Assembly (NCBI GenBank): GCA_900088475.1 | Contig: FLMG01002404.1 | Location: 1-37,935 of the forward strand | DNA from: Hyphochytrium catenoides | Lineage: Eukaryota; Protista; Hyphochytriomycota | Length of the DNA: 37,935 nt | Direction of reading: 5' to 3' | Part shown: piece by piece, positions 28,601-37,935 of the stretch | How the letters are laid out: each line of letters opens with the position of its first letter | Numbering within the stretch: the stretch's first letter is position 1 | Notes under the pieces: model-generated | Seen by the model: the letters and a program-made list of their open reading frames with translations, nothing else | Told to the model about the DNA's origin: nothing | Databases searched by the model: none | Made by a program: the position numbers and the translations under genes

Positions 28601-31536
28601 TCACTGTTCCGCAGCGTCCTAGGTCACAAGTGATATGGAAGAGAGATTGGGGGTCATATAGGAGAAACACATGGACGTTTAGATAACTGGACGGCTAATG
28701 GCACAGGCTAAAGACATGAAAGGCAGTAGCGGAGCTACTCAACGTACGGATTGGCTCTCTTTCTCAGTAAGAATCGTACAACGTCTCCATGCCCATTTCT
28801 GGAAGCTAGATGTAGCGGTGTCTCCCTCGTGCATGTCAGCGCATTGCGATCGGCTTTTCTGTTTTGGAGTCAAGATATGCTTAGTTTGAGGCAAAGCGGT
28901 AGGTAAGGAAAGGCAGCCCATGGAGTTACCTTTCAAGGAGAAGCTTAACAGCTCCGAGATTACCAAGACCTGCAGCCCAGTGCAGCGCTGTCTTACCCTC
29001 CTGATCTACAGCCTGAACCTGCGCACCATGGTCCAATAAGAGCTTCACAACCCGGCTGGATGCTTCCGCAGACATCTCAGGTTTACTGGACAGTCCGCAA
29101 GCGAGCATCAGCAAAGTGAGGCCCTGATTGTCTGCTGTCTCTGAAGCAAAGTTGCGGAGGATTGGAAGAGATCTCTGAATCCCGCTTTCTGGCACCTTTC
29201 CTTCCGCTACTTTCGAACGAAGGTGCTCCTCGTGTGCACTCTGCAATCCTGCGAGCGTTTTCTCTATCGTTTCCACGTCGCCCCTCCAAAGAGCGTCATA
29301 TAGTTGACTAAAACGACCTGTCATGTTGGAATTATTATATAACATGTCAACGGTACCATAGATAGGAGGACAGTGCAAGACATAGTGGGGCACTTTGGAG
29401 TCTGAGGGACAAAAAATACGAGCAAGTGGAGCGATCTCATAGCCAGGGACATGTGACATGACGATATTAGAGTTAGAACTTGTTGCCCGGGCACCCATGC
29501 TGCTGGAGAAAGTGAGAAACGATAGCAGACCTTTGCAAAGCCCAGCCGAAAGCGTAAGCGTCGTGCTCGTCTTCGTCGTCTTGGGCTCCCCTCCTGTGGC
29601 CTGTGCTGCCAGCCTCTCTAGATGGCCCTCCCAAGGTGTGCCAGGTCCAGCGCCCATGGGAAAGCCTGTAGGTCCAATCCTCATTGGGTGTGCGCTAGAT
29701 ATTCTGTCCGGGTTAATGATTTTTAAACTCCGAGGTTTGCCCTTGAGGGCTTGCGGTCTCACACTTGAAAAGTGGGCCGTTGGATCTTCAATGCGATCTA
29801 TAAAGGAACAAGTTGTAAGATGTTTTGGAGACTCTCTGGGGCTGTAGATTGGAGGACGGCAGGAGGAGGTGGTGTGCGACTTGGGAACAGGAAATCAGCC
29901 GATTATAAAAGAAACGTTAAAAGAAGAAGGGCCACAATCATCAGTGGAGAGGAGGCAGATGGTACAAACGGAGGAAGAAGGCGTGGCCCACCATGCGGAC
30001 GCTTTCCCTCGCCCAGTCCTTCCACTTTCATCCGTTCGTCGGCTGCTACCACCAAGCTTGCCAGCCCGCTGTTTGTGCCACTATAAATATCGTTATAATC
30101 TCCTGTTCCTTGCACTTCTCCCTTCTTGCTCTCTGTGTCCAACTTCCGCTTGGCGGTCACTCCTTTGATCAACTCTTTGGCCACGTCTGAGGACTCAACC
30201 ATCTCGAGGCCCAGAAGCATAGGACCTCCTGGAGTGAACTCTTCACCTTCACCGCTTTGTGCCTTGGCAACCTTCTGGAAGTATTTCTGGGCGTGAGTTC
30301 GGGTTTGAACGACAGTACGCGTCTTCACCATGGCGGCGACCTAAGGGGCGATAGGAATAGGAACGCGAGAAGTCAGACCTTGTTTCAATTGTTAGGCGAA
30401 TCACTCTATAAGGTACCTTCTTCCACTCTTTGCCATACAGCTGCAACCCTTTAAGGAAGAGTAAATGTTCCTCCTTTGTCCACCTGCCTGTCTGCTCCGC
30501 TGAAAGACTGCTTAAGGGTCCCTCAGCCTTAGCGAGGACAGGTGCAGGATATGGAAGTGTCTGGGTAGGCTGCGAGAATGATAGAAAGGACCTGTCAACA
30601 CTGTCTTCCTTCCTTGAACTTCTTAGTTGACCTCTACCTCTTCCCCCACTACCGAACAGGAGAGCCTACCCATTTGTCCTTCCTCCTTCTCACTAGGAGG
30701 ATGACACCTCTTGACCCTTCTCCTAAGCTCATACGCCGTCTTTTAGCTTCTACTTCGGCTCCTCTAAGCGCTTGTATCCCTCTATATGTCTAGCCATATA
30801 TCTTAGTCACGTACCCCTTCCGTGCTAGTGCTCTCTTTTCGCTCCTCCTTCACCTTCTTTTGCTGTTGACGCTTCTGAATCTCTTGCACCCTCTGCTGGA
30901 GCGTTAAGCTCGCGTTTGAAGATCCTCTGCCATCATCTGATCCTGTCTCTTCCCCTGAAAGGACGTCATCGGGAGTTTGGCGAGAGGGGAGAGACAAAGC
31001 AGCGCTTCCATAGTGCCTTTCCTCTGATGCCGTTTGAGTTCAGAGGTTAATTAGGTGGTTAGCCCATCGCTGAATAATAGATTGCTCCTTGGGTGGTTTT
31101 CATACATACCTCTCTCGTTGCTAAAGGGTCGAAGAGCACCTTCTCGTATGCCTTGCGGTGCTGAGGACGGCTCCTCCTGGATGAGAATGGGGGGACGAGA
31201 TCGCTTCACGGGTGGCGTTGGCTCCACAGTCGTCCGATCGTCAGCATCATCTTTCTCGGAGCTTAGCAAGCTGCTTAATCGACGCTTGCTCTCAAAGTGG
31301 GTAGAACTCAGCTCAGCTTCAGTGGCTGCCGCTAGAGCTTCAAGCCCACTAAATAATGATGGGAGAGGAGCCATTGATGCTTTATCATCATTTCTCTTCA
31401 TTGGAGCTGTGGTCACAGGCTCCTTGGATCCTGACACGCTCTCTTCATCATGCTCTCGCTTCGGACTGTCTATACGAAGAGGGTTGACAGACTCTGTAGC
31501 CGTCGTAAGCGATTGGAGGTTCTCCACTGTCTCCAT
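25621..31536 (-). CDS. Myb (SHAQKYF-class) / ankyrin-repeat / class II-type histone deacetylase multidomain protein, multi-exon
   Basis: Myb [46 protein letters not shown] (~30490-30270). Ankyrin repeats GLTLLMLAC...[50 protein letters not shown] (~29130-28570). [12 protein letters not shown]...WE/APARI, DTYFS, VRPPG/[H][25 protein letters not shown]...FYPGTG, INVPL, SSGFDA, VLE/GGY (~28500-25850). Start (31536) and 3' end are approximate. Confidence 0.85.
27695..27697. other. Assembly gap (nnn) next to a poly-G run
   Basis: tgatnnngggggggggg. It hides a splice acceptor and part of the G-H-H codons of the HDAC. Confidence 0.95.
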
Positions 31537-33000
31537 AGCACTTTGAATAGCACCGGGAGATGGAGTGAGTCTACGTGGAGAGAGGGCGTGATCCGTCAAA
31601 TTGGACTGCTATTTTGTAAGAGAGAACACTTCTTTCTGCAAAGTATGAGCATCCTTGCGTTTCCTTTCTACTTTCACCCTCGTGGGTAGTACAGAGACAA
31701 GATGTCCAAGAACACGCACGCCCAATATCAGAACGCCATCTATCTGGGCAGCACAAAGTCCCCTAAGCTATAGGCACGTCTTGCTGTACAACCCTATTCC
31801 GGATGGCGGGTTGAGAGAGCCGTGCCACCTTCAAAGCCCTGGCCGCAGGCCCGCCCTCGGCTACAATTTATACGATTTATAGTGGTTTGAGTTTCGCAGC
31901 AAGGTCCCGTCCGCCCCTCAGCCTTGATCGCCCTTGAAAAGGAACGCGCTTGCCGGATATCAGAAGCGGACGATGCAAAGCTTCCGGCGTTGCTAGGTCC
32001 GAGGGCGATCTTCTTTACCTGTCAACGCCGCGAAGCTCTGATCTTTGGCTGGTCCTCGCGGGGCTGCTGCTGCTGAGTCTCTAAGATCTGACGCCGTGAT
32101 GGCTGCTGCCGCGGTTACAGGGCCGAGAAATGCGATGTCTCCTCCGTCTGACCGCCGCCCTGAAAAAATCTATGACCATCTCTTGATGTGACACACACCG
32201 TCGGGAGAATATATATACATGCTGCTTTTCCAAGGATTCTGCTGGAGAAATACCTAGAAAGCAGTGATAAATGGACTTAGCAGCAGGATGCTGGGGAACC
32301 TTGAGGGGAGTTGCTCCCGAAGAGGTTCCTTCACGATTCCCTAGCGGCTTTAGCCGGAGTCGGGTCTCTTACCGAGCGCTGAAGCAAGTGGAGCTGTTTC
32401 CGTTTTGCTTGGATTCGGATCGGGATCTGTAATATAATAAGTACGGATTCATAATAGAACAGGATCTTGCAAGGATTTTTCCTGTTCTGCCACCCAACAA
32501 CCGCCCACCCATCCTTCAGACTCTCTTTGTAATCAAGGGATTACGACTCCTCCTGACATCCTCCTGGACATTTTCAAAAAGGAGATCCATGGATCGAAAG
32601 AACAGATCATGGCTAGGTCAGCGAGTAGGTAACCGATACATGATAACCTAAGTAGATAGAGATCTGAGTCCCCCGGGAGCTGCAAGCCCATTTCTGGCGG
32701 CTAACGGCAAGTCACTCAGGGCTAAAATAAGGTTTGAATACTGTTCTTTAACAGGCTCTGTGAGAAGTATTTGACAGACAAAGCATGAGAGAGCCCCGTC
32801 TGATCTGAAGCCTTTTGGCGGCTCTGGCTGATGCGTTGCGGCCTGATGCCTGCCTGTCCGTGGGCAGAGTTAACGCTGTTTCCCTTCACGAACCCTCAGC
32901 TGTCCTCTCCTCTGCTGCTTCCTGCCTGGTGCTACCGCGAAGTGTATGCCGTACAGCCATTTTAGTCTATAGACAGGGAGGAAGACTTCAGGCAGGTACC
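31537..33000. promoter_or_regulatory. Divergent intergenic region (putative bidirectional promoter plus 5' UTRs) between the Myb-ANK-HDAC and BCL7-like genes
   Basis: Head-to-head genes; TATATATA at ~32210-32217; 11 RGATY motifs in 32411-32664; palindrome GATCCATGGATC at 32584-32595. Confidence 0.5.
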
Positions 33001-36000
33001 ATGACGACGCGCTCCCAAAGAGCATCAGCGCGGATTGCAGCTCAGAGTCAGGCGAACTATGCCGTCGAGGGAGCAGGGTATGCTGCGCGAGGAAGAGGAG
33101 ATCAAACCAGTGCTCTCGCGCCTCCAGAAATCAAGGTGCTGACGAATGCCCTTGCAACTCCCCTGACCTGTGACAGATACTTCCGTAGAGGTTTACCCTA
33201 CTTACATCGCTCCTCAGGCTAGAACCTGGCACAAGATAATCGTGAAAGTAGGCCACTTTCAGCTCCCGCGATGGGTCCCAAGAGGTAAGCTGCCTGCGAT
33301 TCAGTCTCCCGTCACATAGCTAATAACCCTTTCCCATCCTTTTCTATCAGAGCAAGAGGTAAGTATCCTACATGGTGTGTCGCTGCAATGAAGCTCTTTG
33401 TCTGACATAGAAAGCACAGAAACCCACCCCCGAACTTCAAAGCGGGTCTTTCGCTTGGAGGCCACGAGGTAAGCAGACAAGGGACTCTCTTGGTTTTTAA
33501 CTCCTTTATTCTAGGAAGTTGTCCCTGCGAAACGCGTGTGAACTCTCTCGCTAAATGTACGTCTCTCCTTTCCTTGCAGTGCGTCGTGACAGGCGTGAGA
33601 GAGGTGGTCAAGCTGAGAGTGGAACCTCATCTTCAAAGGCATCTCCCGGTCCAAGCGGGTTTGAAAGACCTCTTCTGGGCCGCGGTGTACGTGTGTTGGA
33701 GCGATCTTGCAACTCTTCTTTCAGGACACTCTGTTGACACACCTGCGTATTACTCTTCTGTGCCATGATGGCTGGGCTCAACAGGGTGATGACGCGAGTG
33801 GCAATGAGAGCCTTCCAAACCCGTCTCCGCCCCCTCGGTCCTCTCCAATGTCTGATACTATGGAGGAGCAGAACAGAAAGCTGGTGGGAATTGCCTTTTA
33901 CGAAGGAGCTCAGGAAGCCGAGCTATCTGCAGGTAACTCACCCATATATTAGTGGCAGCTGACGGCCACGTTAGCGGTCAGTAAACTCCTGACGTCTCTC
34001 TGCTCCCTAATTTCTTTCCCTTCTCAAGCGGATGCAATGGACACGTCGGAACCACTGAAGCCGGAAAGCATCAACAACGAGTCGGAAAGCGCAGGGACCC
34101 GTTCCGCTGCCAGCCCTAGCCCTAGGCTTGAAGATGCAAGTGCCGAGGATGTGGAGATGAGAGATGCAGATGATGGTAAGATGCGTTTCCGTCACCTCCC
34201 ATTGCCACACGTTGGGCCTCCTCTTCAGCCTACCCCCAGCTTATATTGACCAAGTGCTTCTTGTCGTTGCTTAAGCTACGGAGGCATCGGTTGCACAGGA
34301 AGAGAAGACAGCTCCTTCGTCACCCATTAGCGCTGCTTCTCCGCTTCAGAGACCTCTAAGTCCGCCCTCTGCTTCCGGGCCACGCTCACCGCCTCGCTCA
34401 TCTCTCTCTTCGGCAGCGACCTCACCTGCAAAGAGTGTTCTGTCGCCCAAGAGAACTCAATCTCCTCAGCGGGAGGCGTTGGCTACGGAAGCGTCGTCGC
34501 CATCCCGGCTTTCAGCCAATGCGTCCCCTCGACGCCCACATTCCCCTAGCCGTCCAGTGTCGCCCCAACAAAGGGCATCACCTGCTAGAGCTGAGTCCCC
34601 TCGACAGCCCAGCTCCCCTTCGAAAGCGGTCGGCCCCGAAAGTTTGACCACGGTGCCTCCGGCTTCGCCCTCAAGATCGCCAACCAGGACACCTTCTTCT
34701 CCTCAGAAGGGCTCCCCTCGTCGTGTACCCTCCCCAAGCCATCAGCCATCTGCTCAACGTGTGGCCTCCCCTCTCCCCTCTGATCCTCCTCTTCAACAGA
34801 TGCTTTCTCCCCGGCTTTCCCGCTCTTCTTCTCTCTCTCCAAGACGAGTAATAGAGCCAAATGACACTGCCACAAACGACGCCTTGTCTCTGACTGTCAG
34901 AGAAGTTACCAATGGAGTCATTGAGAATCATGGAGGAGCTAGAGAAGGTTCAGTAGCCGATGAAGAGGTAGAAAAGGCCTCGGTGGCCGCAACTGCTGGT
35001 TCTCCAAAGGCCCCGAGCCTTACTCTGGGTACGTTGCCTGTCCTCTTAATGCAATGCCCGTCTTCACGAGTTGCCGTTTCTAGCTCAGTCACTTAACGGG
35101 ATTCTGCTTGTCAAACACTTACAACTCCTTCGTCTACTGCGGCTCTTGCAGAAGAAGTCCACACTTTGGCCCAGGACGGTTCAGAGATAGCGAGCAGGAC
35201 AACGGAGAGCGCAGGAGATGATGCTCTAAGTGGAGATATTTCACTTGAAAGGTATGGAAACCACGCGAATCACTGGGACGGATGACAGGACACGGGAAAA
35301 AGCTGGATAAGATGTGGATCAAGACTTGATCTAATAGCACCACGTCTCATAGGGATGAGACGACCAGAACAGATCCGAACACGGCTGCGACGAGAATCCA
35401 AAGCTTCGTAAGGCGACGATCAGCTGAAAAGAAGCATCTACAGGAGCTAAGAGGTAGGGCAGATGGTTAACATGAATGTACAGGGTCATAGAGGAACTCG
35501 AGCCGTAGCAAGAGGGAAGGACAACCAAGGCTTACTGTCTAAACGGTGGAAACTCATGACAGAAGGAAACTGAGGCTTTCTTAACTCTCGTTCCCCTCAG
35601 CGCGGAGAGTGGTCGAAGATGGCGCTGCTAGGACTATTCAGGCGATGGTGCGGCGCCAATCTGATAAAGGACGGGAGGCAGATGGAGATGATCAGACGGG
35701 GACAGGTAAAGCAATAACCACCTTATCTTACCTTTCGTGCAGTCTCTCTTGCCTTCTCATGCAGTCCTCCTTCGTGCCTTCTCTTGTGGTCTCTCCCTTT
35801 TCTCTCTCTCCCTTTCTTGTCTGTTCTCTTCCTTTAATACCTGCACTGTCAGCCTGGTGAGGTGCCTAAGTCCTATACTTTCCTTGCAGTCCATCCAGAC
35901 GTAACCTCACTAGCAGAAGAAACCGGCGATGATGCAACAAACGAAGAAGTGCTGACAACGGACATAGCGCAGACTGAATCCAGGAAGAGAAGCCTTGAAG

Positions 36001-36092
36001 GGACTGATGAGCAGGCGGAAAATCCTAGAAAGAGACCTTCAGTAGAGCACTCCGAAGAAGAAAGAAAGGAGGAGGAGGAAGAAGAGAGCTGA
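33001..36092 (+). CDS. Probable nuclear protein with a BCL7-like N-terminal motif, S/P-rich disordered region, two IQ motifs and an acidic C-terminus, about 12 exons
   Basis: Exons 33001-33135, 33191-33284, 33351-33358, 33411-33468 and onward splice in frame: MTTRSQRASARIAAQ...PEIK/VYPTYIAPQARTWHKIIVKVGHFQLPRWVPR...; long SP-repeat exon 34276-35028; AATRIQSFVRRRSAEK (~35384-35431); AARTIQAMVRRQSDK (~35624-35668); RKRS...RKRP basic motifs and an E-rich end at TGA 36090-36092. Confidence 0.7.
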
Positions 36093-36542
36093 AGAGAAGA
36101 AGGCGACGTATCCTATTGACCTGAGGAAAGGGAACAGATGGAGGAGGAGTCCTGACGGTCCATTTTGAAGCCATAGTGCGTCTAGCTTGACCACTGTCGG
36201 TAATTTGTTAAAGTTCTTTAATTTATTTTTAAGTGTCTTGCATGCCGCCGTGGATGGAGCAAGAGGGAGTCGCAGACAAAGTCCGAGAGCTTGAGAGAAG
36301 ATGAAGGGGATGGAAGGAGGCTTCAGCGGGGCGGCTTCTCTGTGTCTTTGCGGACCCTGTTTCTTAGGATCCTAACGTTAGAGTAACTCCGTCCTCTGTC
36401 TGCTGAGCACTCCATAGTGCCAGGCACAGGGAGGAGATGATGTTCTATTCTTCGTCGTAGCTCTTGGGTCCTCTGTCTGTTGTCTGTTCACTAAGAAGGA
36501 GCCGACGCTGCCGTGGGAAGTCATCGTAGCGACCATTTTCTT

Positions 36543-37935
36543 CTACCGCTTTGATTCTCTCTGGTCATTGTGTTCATTTTGAACTCCCTCTTGCTTTCCC
36601 TCTAGGAGCCTCTTCTTCCTACTCTTCACTGTCCAGATGACGTCAAGAAAGTTCTCGACAGCGTTGCTTCTCAGCTCAGACGGCTGGGCGAATTTCCTGG
36701 CACCGCAGTGCTTCGCAATGACAGAAAGAGCGCGAAGAGTATGCGAAAGGGCAGCCTCGGGCGTTCGTCCCACTGATAAAAGCCCAAGTTTCCCAACGAT
36801 AAGCCTCTCATAGAGCATGAAAGCAGTGCCCGTACAGTCCTACGCTCATTGAGCAGGGTAAGAGCAGGGCGGAGCGGGAAACAATGAGAGAACAGATGAG
36901 ACAAAGATTGCGTAAGGCACAGGGGAAGGGCGATGGTCACAAGGGCAGTAGGTCCACCCTGACAATCCACTTCCTCTATCTAGCCCGGCCAGGCCCCTGT
37001 GTGTACCTTGATATCGAACGCCACTCTATTGAGTCTGCAGAGGTTGAAGAAGAGTTCAAGGCGAAGTTCTGCCAGAGCTGGATGGTCGATCCAATCGTGC
37101 GCGACGAAGCAACGCTCAGATCGAGCCGTTGCGGGCAATCCGGAGGAAGAAGAACGGGAGGATAGTGACCCTCGGCGGCTAACTGAGTCTCTTGCTTGTG
37201 AGTCTGAGGAGCGCAATTGGCCAAGCAGAGAGAACAAAAGCACTAAGAACAGCTTACTCTTTAGCTGACGGAGATGCTATGTGTGAGCATGGGAGACTGG
37301 AAAGACGAGTGAGGATGTGAAGGACGAACGAAGGGATGGCTGAAGAGATGGAGAGACCCGAGAGGAGAGGCATGCCAAACCTGCGCCTACAGAACTAGCA
37401 GATTCCAAGCTGCTTAATGAAGAAGAGGACCGAGCGGTGTCTCCTCCGGCTCCGCCCATGTCTTTTTTGCCTTCTTTTGCCCCAGATATCTCGAGGTCTT
37501 GGCAGAGGTAACGTCCGGTGGCAGAGTCCACCGCCCCCGCGGCCAGCAGATCAAACAGGACAAAGGTGACTGCGCCTTCTGTTAAGCGAAGGTGGACTGC
37601 CAAAGCCACAGTAGACGGGTGACGAAGGACGAACAGGAGGGATAGGTGTAGAGTAAACGAACAGAACAAGCAAGAGGGCGACGAAGAAATGAAGAGAGCG
37701 AGAGAGCGAGAGAGGGAGAGAGAGAGAGAAGAAAGGGAGTCAGCGAGGGCGAGACGTGGTAGGGTGAGCGTACAGTTCTTTCCTTATCAATCTCCTTGGC
37801 TATCAAGTGCCATGGTGCTGCCCTCTTCTGCATCCGCTTTACGCACTTAAACTAGTTCTCCACTCTCTTCCCTATTCCTCACACCAACGGTTCGTTGTTC
37901 TGCCCCCGATTACCTTCATTGACCCACATCTTCTT
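36543..37935 (-). CDS. IQCH: IQCH-like (IQ domain-containing protein H family) gene, 3' part only
   Basis: Spliced exons HLRLTEGAVTFVLFDLLAAG...; RCFVAHDWIDHPALAELRLELFFNLCRLNRVAFDIK/DCTGTAFMLYERLIVGKLGLLSVGRTPEAALSHTLRALSVI match the recalled IQCH C-terminal pattern FF..C....I.FD...GT.F.LYE.L....LG.L.IG. The 5' end lies outside the window and the exact stop is uncertain. Confidence 0.7.
37693..37732. repeat. (GA)n microsatellite within an IQCH-like intron
   Basis: agagagcgagagagcgagagagggagagagagagagaaga. Confidence 0.8.

Noticed and set aside
32245-32406. U1 snRNA or TPP riboswitch identity for the hairpin element
   Set aside because: It lacks ATACTTACCTG, the TTGCAC loop and an Sm site, and also lacks the TPP CTGAGA/ACCTG core.
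32664-32750. Resemblance to RNase MRP conserved regions (GAGTCCCCCGG...AGGGCTAA) and to the U2 5' region
   Set aside because: The ~50-nt spacing is far too short for MRP RNA, and the U2 branch-pairing GTAGTA and Sm site are absent.

Overview
Gene-dense, intron-rich eukaryotic genomic DNA with short GT-AG introns and CT/GA microsatellites. It most likely comes from a flagellated stramenopile with oomycete-like proteins (inference). I reconstructed the genes by splicing exons by eye. In order: a Ty1/copia RT remnant; an LRRC46-like LRR gene (-); a small orphan gene (+); a decayed L1-type LINE 3' fragment (-); DCAF11/WDR23/LEC14B WD40 (+); the RNase P/MRP subunit POP1 (-); a secreted PAN/Apple-GH5 exo-beta-1,3-glucanase (-); about 3 kb of probable decayed LINE sequence; an ABCC/MRP transporter (+); a large single gene joining a SHAQKYF-class Myb domain, ankyrin repeats and a class II-type histone deacetylase (-); a head-to-head gene with a BCL7-like (SWI/SNF subunit) N-terminal motif, an 8-nt microexon, an S/P-rich middle and two IQ motifs (+); and the 3' part of an IQCH-like gene (-). 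The most interesting module is 25.6-36.1 kb. There a putative DNA-binding HDAC and a putative calmodulin-binding BCL7-like protein diverge from a shared ~1.5 kb region containing a dense RGATY motif cluster and a multi-hairpin element. All family calls come from motif recognition, not database searches, and some gene ends are approximate.
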